The notes beneath the pieces are model-generated. The model saw nothing but the letters and a program-made list of their open reading frames with translations. It had not been told where the DNA came from and ran no database searches. Below are positions 24,779 to 37,912 of a DNA stretch of 64,000 nucleotides, piece by piece. The number at the start of each line of letters is the position of its first letter. The first letter of the stretch is position 1. Origin of the DNA: Octopus sinensis (taxonomy: Eukaryota); assembly GCF_006345805.1 (NCBI RefSeq), contig NC_043005.1, forward strand, positions 59,272,001 to 59,336,000, in the 5' to 3' direction. The position numbers were made by a program, and so were the translations under genes.

Positions 24779-25080
24779 AAAATTGAATTATGACCAGAAA
24801 TGTTTATATTTTATCTGTATATGACTTTAAGTGATATCTGGTATAAAAAAGATAGTATGTTTGTTTAATTACATGGCTACATTCTACCGGCTCGTGAAAG
24901 TTTAGTTGTAACTTATGAATGACAAAAGTAGTGCCGTCACCGTGACCTCGGGTCATCACCATGGATTGACCAATCAGAAGCAGCGCTCGCAGTATCTGAC
25001 ATATGTTAGATACCAAAAATATCTCAAAGTGTTCTCACTCACATGTGTGTAATAATCTATAATACAACCTAAAATGACGA

Positions 25081-25640
25081 GGACAGTTCTGCGAATTTTC
25101 TGAGCCTGACAGTTGAGATCGAACTTCATTGAACGGGCAACTGGTCGAATTTGATCCAATTTGATTCAGGGAGTTTCTCAGACGAGCAGTTGATCGAGGG
25201 TCAGTTGATCGAATCTTATTTGATGAACAGTTGATCAAATTTCATTAAATGAACAACCGATCGAAAATTTTAACTGGACAGTTTCTCGAATTTCACGTGA
25301 CAAAGTTGATCGACTTTCATAAGATGGGCAGTCGATCGAATTCCACCAAATGGACAGGTGATCGAATTTCATCGAACAGAGACAATTGATTGAATTTCAT
25401 ACAACAGACAGGGGCTCCAATATCATTAAAAGGGCAGTTGATCAAATTTGGTGAGACAAACAGTTGATCGAATTTCATCAGATGGACAATTGCTCGAATT
25501 CCTTTCAACTGACAGTTGATCCAACTTCATCTTTGGGCACATGATCAATTTCTGTCAAATTGACAGTTGATCGAATTTTAACAATCGGACGTTTGACCTA
25601 ATTTCAGCAAATGTGTGTTGGTCGAATTTAATGGGCTATG
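25081..25640 (+). repeat. Degenerate 26-bp minisatellite array, about 20 units, consensus GACAGTTGATCGAATTTCATCAAATG
   Basis: Units read directly, e.g. aacagttgatcgaatttcatcagatg, ggcagtcgatcgaattccaccaaatg, gacagttgatcgaattttaacaatcg. Confidence 0.9.
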
Positions 25641-28600
25641 GTATATGCTATAAACTATAGGCTAGGGTATAAACTAAATATATAGACTTATTTGAACAGG
25701 TATTTTTTTTTTGCATTCAAGAAATCTTGAATCCAATCCCACTACATTGCATCTTGGGATGGTGTGATTTTCTGTTGGCTTGAATCGACACGATCCCTAT
25801 GATTGAAATTGGATTCATTGAAGACTTGACTTTTGAGTAGAGTATAAATGTAATTCAATGATGTAATTCTGCCATACTGATTATGCTTGAGAATAACGTT
25901 AAATATGCAAACCTTTGTGGGATACTCAACCACTTATACTTAAATTCAATGAATTAGCCTTTCCGATGGCATTCTTGGAATACTCCTACTTAAAACCAAA
26001 GGGTATAGATTCACCGAATATGACTTCATGTCAAAGAAAATTCATATAAGAACTAGAATATAACATTTCTATATACAAGATCTTCATGTATGCCCTTTTC
26101 CCTCAGAACATATAATTGTTGTTGCTATATACTTTATATAAAGCTTTAATTTTCTATGTACAAGCACGGAGATCGCACTTGCAATATTGCTGTTGGCGTT
26201 GTTTTCTAAAAGTTCAACGAGTGATATTCATTAAACGCCTCAAATCATATTTTAACCGATATAAGCTGCGTGACACAAGAAAATCACGGAAGCTATAAAA
26301 ACAAATACAGAAATACAACTCCAAAACGATCAAAGAACTCCTTTTCCGGTTTGCCGAAGATGCCTAGAATTAACAGTTAAACTTTCACATCAATGCAATT
26401 ATTCTTGATTCTTGATCACTAATAACCAATAACAGCACACGTCACGAATAACCATTTCATTCACCAGGAAAGTCTGGAAACTATTTTGGATCAAAATGCA
26501 TTACTTTTCCAAACAAAATCTGAAGTAAGGAACACAAAAACCTTAATAGAAAAGATCAAACTTGAAGACATTCTTTATTTTAAGATCCACAAAAAAGTAT
26601 ATTTTTGAGCGTACAGCGGTTGTCGTAGATGAAATAGAATTGGGTGGAAAATAAATCAAAGATGCTAACCATATGAAAAATAGTTAAATTAGTGCTAATA
26701 TAGAGAGCATTCAAGCAACAATATACTCTAAACACGTAAGCTTTACATTACAATATAACCACGCTACATTCCTTAAAGCCTCTATTGTACTGTAATAAGC
26801 TTAATAAAACGATAGAGCAACCGTATGCAGGTCAGAGACGTGTCGTTCGCCCATTTACCATTTCCAATACTGCCTTGCGAACCTTCATAGGAGTCTGATG
26901 CTTCTAACATTGAAATTGGTTAATTTTAACTGTGTTCATGTGGAATATGAATGCTTTCGCTTTTCTTGAGCTTCCAATTATTGATTAGAGCACATTTCAC
27001 TATATGTGCACTTAAACATCCCTCTTTTGTTGTTGGGTTTTCGTGTTCGCCACATTAGTTCTGATGAAGCAAACTACAAATCAAAAGCATTCCAGTTATG
27101 GTCATCACATTTCTCGATGTTGTTACTACATTCGTCGTAGTTTAACGTGGTATTGCGTGAGAACATGAAGATTTTGCTGGTGTTTCTAAGACGTCAAGGG
27201 ACCGCAAAGATCTTTCCCCGTTGGATCGTAATCTATTTGTAAACAGCTACAATAGTGTGTTGAAATTCCCTACTGTTCTAGCAACAATATAATGTTATAG
27301 TTTTCATGTAAGCATTGCTAGTTCGGAGACAGTATGTAACTGCTGTGGATAACACTGTATGGAAATGATTTCTTTCACTTGCACCTCTAACATCCAGTGA
27401 ATTGCGAGACTTTCATAAGAAGCAGTGCTTCTCAATGTGATGGTGAAATGAACAGTCTTTAAAACTATGTCTAAATTGTAATTCATGATATTTGACATAT
27501 AAAATTGCTGTTGTTCTTATCTTATATTCATCTTATCGATCGGTGTCTTTCGCCTACCCCCAGAGAGAAGTATTGTAAATTCTCAAATGTGTACAACATG
27601 AATTAGATGTCATGAACTGTATTCTTTTAGAGATGTAATCTCTAAAAGAATTCTTTCTGATAATAATTTTGATTAGTTACAGGCCGCTTTTATAAAATAT
27701 TACTCATGGAAGAAGCTGCGAAACATTGCGTTAAATGCGACTACTAGCTACACAATCTCGATATACAATGGTCCTCAAATAAAACACACGTATCTTTCAT
27801 GTGTGTGTGTTGTTACGATCTGTCTGCTATTCATTCCACAATGAAAAATTTTGAATATGATATAAGTTCAATTTCAAGTTTTACGATTACTTTCAATCTT
27901 CTCTGACTGTTTGTTCACAAGTTCTGTTCTTTTATACCGTTTTGCAACTAAGCTCTTTTCCAAATACCATTGACGATTGAGTGGGATATATCTATAGACT
28001 CAAAATGTAAATGACAATTTTGAAATGTATACGAGCAAACAAGAAGAATGGCTTCATTCTAATTGCTTGCTGTCTAAATTCAATGCATCACAAATCACAC
28101 GGCTCTCGAATGAATGTGTATATACGTGTATCTGTGAAAGAGAAAAAGAGGAAGACACTGAGGGTGAGGGAAGAAGAACTAGATAGGAAATGAGAAATAT
28201 ATATTGATACATAAGAGGAAATGAGCGGAAGAGGTGAAATCAAGAGGATGTGAGGCATGCATAGTTATCGAGCGAAGAATAGACGAAATCAAAGACAAAG
28301 AAACAAAATAGTAAAGTCTACTATAAATGGAGGAAATATTGACCCACTAACACATTGTTCTTGTTGTTGTAGAGATTATTGGAATTGTGCTGTCATTGCT
28401 ATTATAGCTGAATGATTACAGATACACCTCCTAGTATACACATTACGGTGTTATATTGAAGGTTTACTCCTGTATCCTTCATTGTTTCTGTTCGTTTCAG
28501 TTTCTTTGAAATTTATAAACGGTCTAACAGTCTCTTAAACATACGATATTCATTGAGTAATAAGGTTTTCAAGCTTAACCTTATGGTAATGTTCGGTATA

Positions 28601-28879
28601 TCCTGTTTGAATAGCCGTAACATGATTGCAGATATCTTTAGAGTGTCCTATTACAGTAATATTCTTCTTAAGAAATATTACTAATGCATTCTGCACACCA
28701 TTTCCACCAGTTTCATATCTTCTCTATTATTTATAGTTGTTGGTGTCATTTAACCTCAGCTCAGGCTTCATTAAGCAAATTTATGATCGAAATAATTTCT
28801 GCTGCAAAGATTCCATCTTCATATACAAGCACAGTGTGTCTAGAACTGAATCAATGCAAGGTATCATTTTTTTTTTAAT

Positions 28880-29360
28880 GAGGGTAGTGCGTGACTTTTA
28901 AGAAGCTTTGGTTGCTATTTATAACCACGATACAGGAAATACTTGTTGTTTAAGTCATCCCACGCTTATATCATCTGTAATCAAAGACATTCAAGCCATG
29001 ACTATCCCTCCTAAAGTTTCTAAAGTTTTTTTTTACCCGTCGTGTATCTCGGAATAAATTCTCCGATGCATTCTATTCTAAGACTATCGGGTGCGGTTTA
29101 AGGGAGCTTTTTGTTCTTATTTCTTGTTGGGCGAGTAGATACGTAGAGACGGCACTCTCATTAACTCATTCAGTGAATAACTTTGTTTCCGCTTGATGCT
29201 CTTTAGCCACAGGTCGATCATAATTGAGCAGACCTATGATCAACGTAATTCTAGCCATGACCGTTCATTGATTTTAGAAATATTATCTAATATGATCTAT
29301 CATCTCCAAAAACAGTAGCGTTTGATTCGAGAGAAATTTAGTTGCTATTTCTAAAACGTC
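28880..29360 (+). repeat. Unclassified interspersed repeat (family G), decayed
   Basis: Motifs ATCAAAGACATTCAAGCCATGAC and TTAGTTGCTATTTCTAA recur at about 14040, 27070 and 60140, and inverted at about 13075, 15170 and 47950. Confidence 0.45.
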
Positions 29361-29695
29361 AAGCGCGCCTGTTCGTATTATATAGGGCGGCGAATTGGCC
29401 GAATTGTGAGGAGCCTTGCGGTATTTATTCCTGCTCTCTGAGTTCAAATCACACCGATGTCAACTGCCAAGAAATATGAAAATATGAGTCAGGAATTGGT
29501 GTTCATACTTCTTTGTTCTCACCCAGAATTGGCCTTATCTTTCATTTACGTCAGTCATAAGACCGCGGCCATGATGGAGCACCGCCTAGAATGGTTTTAC
29601 TCGAACAAATCGCTCCTAGTGCTTATTTTCTTTTAAAGTCAAGTGCTTAGTCTACTGGTCTCGTTTGCTGAACCATTAAATTACGGGAATGTCAA

Positions 29696-29750
<55 letters not shown>

Positions 29751-29826
29751 ATTATATATATATATATATATTATATGTTATATATATATATATATATTAT
29801 ATATATATATATATACATAGATATAT

Positions 29827-30450
29827 AATTTAAATAATCAGAAAATGGAGAAAACTTTTGATCAGCAAACAAATTGGACCATTCTGTACATTATGTTTCA
29901 ATGCAAAACATGACATAACGTTTCTGTGACATAACATTATTACGGCCGTTTCCGCTTCCAATGCCAGTCAGTGCTTACGAAAGAATTACGAAAATAATAT
30001 TTTCATTAGACATTCGATCTAGTGCATGGAGCTCCATCAGAGTGAAAACAAATGCGTAAAATAAAATAAACGGAGGCTCAATATATTAAGATCGACTTCA
30101 AAGCTCTACGCTGGAAGATGGTATGATTTTAATATATTGAGCTTCCTGGCTTCTTCCCGAGGCCATGTTCTTTCCTATTCGCTCTTCCCTTCGTTTATTT
30201 TATTTTACGCATTTGTTTTCATTCTGATGAAGCTCCATGTACTAGATCGAATGTGCTATGACAGTGATGAATATTATACTCGTAATTCTTTCGTAAGCAT
30301 CGTCTGGCATTGGAAGCGGAAACGGCCGGAAGAATTGTTATGTTATAGAAATGTTATGTCTTGTTTTGTATTAAAATATAATCTACAGATGTGGTCCAAT
30401 TTGTTTGTTTGTTGATCAAAAGTTTTATCCATTTTCTGATTATTTAAATT
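29827..30450. mobile_element. Foldback-type MITE, almost entirely an inverted repeat (about 260-bp arms)
   Basis: AATTTAAATAATCAGAAAATGGA... (29827) is the reverse complement of ...TCCATTTTCTGATTATTTAAATT (30450). Arms align throughout at roughly 85% identity by eye. 31-nt loop 30094-30124. Confidence 0.85.
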
Positions 30451-30563
30451 TGATTTCTGATAAACTCGTTTATTCTGTTATTACCTGTACCCTACGTGCA
30501 TAGTGTGCCTGCATACCCATGCCTAGGGATAGCACAAAGTAACTGATACCGATAGTAAATACG

Positions 30564-31068
<505 letters not shown>

Positions 31069-31069
31069 A

Positions 31070-32718
31070 GGGTCATCCTATAAATAATGCAGTTTTTACA
31101 ATTGCATGAACTCAAAGTCGGAGCGTGACGGGATAAGCTACGTGCATTAACTTGCTATAAAAGCAGGTAGTAATTCTACCTTGTATTTATTCTTAGTGCA
31201 AGTTTTGAAGAGTGCAGTTCGATTTTAACAGTTATTTTGCTAAGGTTACAATGGAAGTGGCAGAGGAGCATATTCGGCATGTTTTGTTTTATGAGTTCAA
31301 TAAAGGCAACAACGTAACGGAAAATGTGGGGAATATTAATGCAGTATATGGGGATCGGACAGTAAGCGCAAGCCAGTGTCAAACGTGGTTCCAGAAATTC
31401 CCACCCGAAAACTACAGCCTTGAAGACGAACCTCATGGAATATCGAGAACGTCCTGCAAACCCTTGTGGAACAAAATTTTATCTTAACCGTTGAAAATAC
31501 TAGCAGAGAAGCTTGGAATTGGTTATTCAACCATTTATCGACACCTACGTGCCATTGGAAAAGTCAGCAAATTGGGTCAATGTGTTCTTCACAAACTTTC
31601 CGAGTCTAGACACACGCAGAGAGTGAATGTGGGCCTCTTCTTTGCTGTCACGTCTCAGAAATGAAACATTTTTGGATCCAATTGTCACTGGTGAAATGGG
31701 TTCTCTATAAAAGTGTCAAGCGCTGAAGACAGTGAGTAGGGAGAGGAGAAACACCGGCACTGAAGTCTAAAGAAGGTCTTCATCTACGAGAGGTATTGTC
31801 ATGTGTTTGGTGGGATATGAAATGTTTATTCCACTTTGAACTTTTAAAGCCAAACCAAACGATAACAAAGGAGATCTACTGCGAGCAGCTTGAGCGACTT
31901 AAGCCAGCGCTTGAAGAAAAACAACCATCTTTGATTTCAAGACGAAAGGTGTTCTTCCATCAGGATAATGCTCAGCCAAATACAGCGAAGATGACATTCC
32001 AAAGGCTGGGGCAGTTTGACTGAGAAACGATGCCTCACCCACCATATTCACCGGACATTGTCCCATTTGATTATCATTTATTCAACAGTCTTCAAAATCA
32101 TTTGGACGGAAAAATATGAATTCTGTAGATGAGGTCAGAATAGTACTGGAGGAGTATTTTTCGTCACAGACAATTGAATTTTGGAAGTCTACCTGATAGA
32201 TGGAAGAGTATTGTAGAAAATGCAGGAGAGTATATCTTTATATATAAAAGTGAGCTTGTGTGCTATCTGTCTCCTACGATTTAGATTCCTAACTACTCCT
32301 ACATTTTGCGGTGCAGTTTAACCACAACCGGGTATCTTATAGTCGTGATTCATATCGAGCCCTTCTGGGTATTAGCGCGCGTTTACGATGAGTCTACGAT
32401 TAAAAAAAAAAATTACCATCAATTTTTCCCATTTTTAATGCATTTTTGGCATATATAAGGGAAGTAACTCTCTAAAAATTTATTATTAAATCTCAGAACG
32501 TAAAAAGCTACAGTAACACGCCCCCCCCTTTGTGGTTAGCCATATTGAGATGACTATTATACTTTACATCTCTAAGAATGCTTATATAGTTATTTCCCTT
32601 ACAAACCCGAGCAACGCCGGGCGATACTGCTAGTTTTAGATAAAAAAAAGAACTTCGTTTATCGTAATTTTAAAAAATAAAAGTTTATAAACCACGCATT
32701 ATTTATGGGATGACCCAA
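31070..32718 (+). mobile_element. Full-length decayed mariner (DD34D-type) with both TIRs, Helitron inserted
   Basis: Left GGGTCATCCTATAAATAATGC, right GCATTATTTATGGGATGACCCAA-TA. Transposase pieces MEVAEEHIRHVLFYEFNKG..., CVWWDMK...FFHQDNAQP, PHPPYSPDIVPFDYHLF. Confidence 0.92.
32235..32633 (+). mobile_element. Non-autonomous Helitron (399 bp) nested in a mariner
   Basis: TCTTTATATATAAAAG start after A32234. 3' 33 nt identical to 688-720. Removing it rejoins mariner GGAGAGTATA|TTTTAGAT (GEYILD). Confidence 0.9.
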
Positions 32719-33527
32719 TACATATATATATACACACACATACTTTATATCTATACTTATATGTACACACATACATCAGCATATACTATACACATGTAGT
32801 TTTTCTTCTCCAATATAAACACATATTCACACACACTTTTTTCTCCCTTCCTCTTACCGTTTTTTCTGACTACATTTCCTCTTGGTGGCCTTTTCTGTCA
32901 GAAGAAAAAAACTAATGTTTAAAACACCAAAACTAGTCTTTTATCTTTCCTTGCAAGCGTTAAACTAATACCTGATTCGCACTATTATTCGGTTACGTCT
33001 GTATTGCTTTTTTCAGTTGCTTTAATCGTTTTGTGATACATACATACATGTACACAATCATATACACACGTATGTTCACATGTAAATATATATAAATGTG
33101 CCGGTATGTAGATATAGGCACATACATGCATATGCATGGCACGCTCATATGCAAATATATGCATATACATATACATATATATATAAATATACACTCATAT
33201 ATATACTTATTGTATATATGTATATGCACAATACACAGACACACATATATTCATATAGATACTTATATATGTACACACTCACATTCATAAATATACAGTC
33301 ATGCATACATACGTACGTACATATTTAGGAAATGCAAACTCTGCCACCTATATTTCTTTTTATCTCTGTGTACATAAATTCGACAAAGCACATATTTGCC
33401 CTCCCGTCAGTCTAATAGAATTAATTCTATTTAAGAGTTTGAATGCCGAAATAAAACTTGTATTGAATGTAAACACTACGAATTTTTTTTTTTTTTTTTT
33501 TTACTTTGATATTTATTATTCAGAAAC

Positions 33528-33702
33528 GAAGGTTATTTCATATTTATTTGTTGGTTTTGATTTTTGCTTTCTTATTTATCTTGAACTTTTTTTTTTTTTT
33601 GGAAAAATGCTATCACGTTAAGATTATAATTGATAGTTTACAAGCTATAAGGGGTTGATAAATTCATAAATATTCACGTAAGTATAGGTTAGATGTATAA
33701 AT
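33528..33702 (+). repeat. 175-bp direct duplication, copy 1 (copy 2 at 35521-35693)
   Basis: GAAGGTTATTTCATATTTATTTGTTGG...GTTAGATGTATAAAT at both sites with few differences. Confidence 0.9.
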
Positions 33703-33757
33703 CTTTACAAACATTAGTATATTAGTTTGCACATATGAATGTATATATATATATTAA

Positions 33758-33788
<31 letters not shown>

Positions 33789-33916
33789 TCGTGTGTGTGT
33801 ATGTGTGTTTGCATATGTGCGTATACATGTCTGTTTTTGCATGTATATATGTAGATATATATGTATACACACATCTATACACATGAATTAACACACACGC
33901 ACTCACGTGTATATAC

Positions 33917-33947
<31 letters not shown>

Positions 33948-34215
33948 TGTATATATATATATATTATATATATATATATCGTTCCTTTTCAATCTTCTAC
34001 ATATATACACGTGTGTGCGTGTGTCTGTGTGTGTGTGTGTATGTATGCATGTATGTATATAAACTCACATACACATAAACATTCATATCGAAAATCGATA
34101 ATCAGTTGAAGCTTCGAACCGTTTATCGTATTTATGGTAGCAAACACCACCATATATTGTTTTGTTTCTCATAACCTTACTAATCATCTAGATATTGTAG
34201 AGGGTTTGGAGAGAA

Positions 34216-34258
<43 letters not shown>

Positions 34259-35753
34259 CAGACACTCGTGTCTGTGTGCATGTGTGAGTGCGTAAACCAA
34301 TCGTAATCTATATTTGCTCTATTTTAAGGCTATCAACGAAATAGAAACTTTTATATTTTTGTTCACTTTCTGTTATTTTTTTTAGCATTTTGTTGCATCA
34401 TTCAGGCAACCAGAGAATACTTTACTCAGTCGAAAATATCTCCTTCAAATTTTCTTTTATTTTTCCTTTTTTTTTTTTGTAAAATATTTTCATTGCACAA
34501 GTAATTTTATTTTCATTTTATTTTTAATTCTTACTTGTATTTTTTTTTTTGTGTGTTTTTCGTAAATATTCTCTGGCTGTCAATTTTACGAAATATTCTG
34601 GCAAAACTTCAACTTCTTTCAGTAAGAAGAATAATCGCAGCAGTCAGTATTGGCCAGCTGTTGTTGTTGTTTAACCGAAGGTCAACATTGATCGAAAATA
34701 CCCGCTATGACAGGCATTCGAACCATTATAATTTCATTACTTGAGGAACATTTAACGCTACTACATAATCCCATGTGATCCAACCCACGTTTTTAAGCCG
34801 CTGGGATTCAACTGTTTTATTTATTTATATATTTTTATTCAATCAAAATATCAGCCTGATACCTTTGGAAATATAATCATTCCTCGCTGTTTTTTAGATT
34901 TTAATCATGAGCAGAGGGATTTTCCTTCTAATTTGTGTGGACATTCTCAGCTAATACACATTGTTCAGTTTACAATATTATGTATGTGACTTTCTGCCGT
35001 ATACGTATCTTGTGTGTAGGACACCTTCCGAATTATTCCCTTCTATTGCTATAGTCGAAGTACCTATCTAAAACTTCAGCAGTTGGTATGCTGTCGTCAT
35101 AGTCTCTTTCTCTCAATTCTTCATAGTCAGCACTGTGGCTCTTTGTGGCCAAAGCCCAGGTAGTTGAGAATAGGTTCCTTGCTGATCTTAAATTCTAGTC
35201 GTTTGTGTTTGAGTTAACCTGTAGCTATGTGTTTTACCCTGTTATTCGTATATAATTTGTTTCAATCTCTAGGGTGTGGCCTTGTCGCACTATAGCCTTT
35301 AAGTGTTAAATTCGATTATACCAGACTAAAGTTGCCTGTTACTTATTTCATTTTTCTCGTGAGTAAAGAAAGGCAAAATGCGCGTTGATTTCAAGTGAGA
35401 AAATTCGTTCAGACATCGACATCTTTGAATATTTCTGTTCGAGTATATCAGTTCAAACCTCACACTGATATGCACATTCAATACACATATCTGAATACAC
35501 ACACATACACATACACAAATGAAGGTTATTTCATATTTATTTGTTGGTTTTGGTTTTTGTTTTCTTATTTATCTTGAACTTTTTTTGGGGGGAATAATGC
35601 TATCACGTTAAGATTATAATTGATAGTTTAACAAGCTACAAGGGGTTGATAAATTCATAAATATTCACGTCAGTATAAGTTAGATGTATAAATGTCGTTG
35701 CTTGGTTTAAAGACGAGGGTGTGATGATGATTAAACGGTATTTCCTTTATATG

Positions 35754-35990
35754 GGTGGCGAGCTGGCAGAAACGTTAGCACGCCGGGCGAAATGCGTAGC
35801 CGTATTTCGTCTGCCGTTACGTTGTGAGTTCAAATTCCGCCGAGGTCGACTTTGCCTTTCATCCTTTCGGGGTCGATTAAATAAGTACCAGTTACGCACT
35901 GGGGTCGATGTAGTCGACTTAATCTGTGTGTCTGTCCTTGTTTGTCCCCTCTGTGTTTAGCCCCTTGTGGGTAGTAAAGAAATAGGTATT
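35754..35990 (+). mobile_element. Full-length SINE family A with 12-bp flanking direct repeat
   Basis: GGTATTTCCTTT at 35737-35748 and 35985-35996. Confidence 0.92.
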
Positions 35991-36769
35991 TCCTTTTCTT
36001 TAGTCGCTTATGATGGAAACAATGATAAAAAAGAGAATTTCTTTTACACACGCATACAATATAAATTTAATCACCAAACATTTTAATTAGCATAACGTAG
36101 TTGATGGTGGAAATAATAAAACCACAAAAAGGATTACTTAATTTATGAACGTCTTAAAATAATGAAGCTTAACTTTAATATTTGATGCTTTACATTATCG
36201 AAATAAAACAGACAATAAATAAATATCTGGTTATATTGTCCTAGAATCTATTTTAGTCTTCAGAGGTTCAATTATTAATTGTCTAAACGGATGGATTGAA
36301 AAACACTTCAAGCAATTGCTACTGAAGCTGGTTATGCAATAACTGCTTTTTGTCATGCTGTTGAAATCTTTATGAAACGATGGCTATTCTGATTATCTTC
36401 TCTGAGGGCAACCGTAAAACTTACGTAGAAGACAGGCAGATGAATGAATGTTTCACCATTTGTCGATGACGAACAGTAAAATAACTAAAGTAAATATTTG
36501 AATGTCGTTCGACATTACTAACGCAAGTAGATCACTGTCACTATCATAAAAAAAAATCAACTAAAGCTTAATTCAAGGCTAGTGGAATATGATATAATTT
36601 CTCTGAAATTATATTCAAGAAATATAATTTCTCCGAAAGACCTACGGACAGGCTTTCGCTTTGTTTAGAGTACAAGAATTTGGTGTTGTGAGATTGATAA
36701 AAACATCGGAAATTTTATTTGTTTGGTTCGATATTTTTCAAGAATTTCACTTCGACTGTGTGGATCTGA

Positions 36770-37060
36770 AAGTTAAACATGGTAATATAATGGTTTGGGG
36801 GCTGCATATCTACAAAAAGAGTCGGTTCTATAAGATAGCTGAAAATCATCATGACAAGTGAATCTTATCGGAAGTTATGTGGAACCTACAAAACTGTGGT
36901 TCTACCCATATAAAATGTACTTTATGCGGGTAGCGGATTTTTCAACATAATAACGACTTGAAGCATACCGCATATCAAGGAACGTAATAAGCGTAAGAAA
37001 TCTTAGTGTTGTTTGGGTTAGCATAATCCCCGGATTAAAAACGATAGATTTAAGCAAACG
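36770..37060 (+). mobile_element. Tc1-like transposase relic
   Basis: VKHGNIMVWG (cf. VKHGGGSIMVWG), FQHNNDLKHTA (cf. FQQDNDPKHT) and SPD. Confidence 0.6.
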
Positions 37061-37438
37061 GATGAACATGAGCATTCAATAAAGAAGATAAAGTACACTG
37101 AACAAATTGCATGATTATATCGCCAAAAAACAAACAAGAAAAAAAACACGAGAAGAAATTTGAGATGATGTGATAAGGAGATTTATTGATTCAATGCCTC
37201 TAATTTGTGAGTGTTTCAAGAAATTTCGTGTATAGAACAAATATTGTTATTCTTCATCACGATTATTGATGCATACATATCAAAATTATAAAATTTTTGT
37301 TTTCAAATTAATTGACGGTGCATTTTCGAAGCATTATTTATACTCTCAGTAATTGTTTTGGCGTAATCAAAATATTCATGGTTAAATTATATAATTTGAT
37401 AAAGCTAAATATACGTGTGTATGTGTCTGTATGTGTGC

Positions 37439-37504
<66 letters not shown>

Positions 37505-37878
37505 CATACACACATATTTACAGACATTTAAACATGTTTATTTGTTCATAACTAGACGTGGAACAGGAATTTTTCACCTCACAAAATAAAAAAGATGATC
37601 CAATAAAAATGATGTTTATACACATGTTAATTTTAGTTTCACTGGCTCCTCGTCTACCGACTGATGTTATCTTCTGCTGTGTATTCAAGTGTTTTTTGTA
37701 CTCTTAATCCATTATAGCCTTTTCTTTAGTAAAACCACAGTGAAAAAGGAAATGCATTTAACATGTGAATTCCCGGATTTTAACGCGATGTGACATATTC
37801 AGACTTTGTATTTATGGTAATTTCTCGCACATTAACATTACATCATAAAGTCGTTAAGACGTGCATGTACAAACGCAC

Positions 37879-37909
<31 letters not shown>

Positions 37910-37912
<3 letters not shown>

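Larger units (their letters stand above)
22641..25052 (-). mobile_element. Crypton-like (DUF3504/CryptonA-type) tyrosine-recombinase DNA transposon, apparently full length, ORF inactivated
   Basis: YR pseudogene 23135-24778. Short direct repeat TGTAA at 22641-22645 and 25048-25052. Long subterminal hairpin 22641-22806. CCAAT-containing 5' end (GACCAATCAG 24968-24977). No long TIRs or classic TSD, consistent with Cryptons. Boundaries are inferred. Confidence 0.8.

Noticed and set aside
25081-25640. 26-bp array as a CRISPR-like locus
   Set aside because: Units are contiguous and degenerate, with no identical repeats separated by unique spacers. No cas-like genes, and the context is eukaryotic.
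25742-25933. 63-aa ORF next to the minisatellite as a second gene of the recombinase element
   Set aside because: It lies outside the inferred TGTAA boundary, is short and has no recognisable domain.
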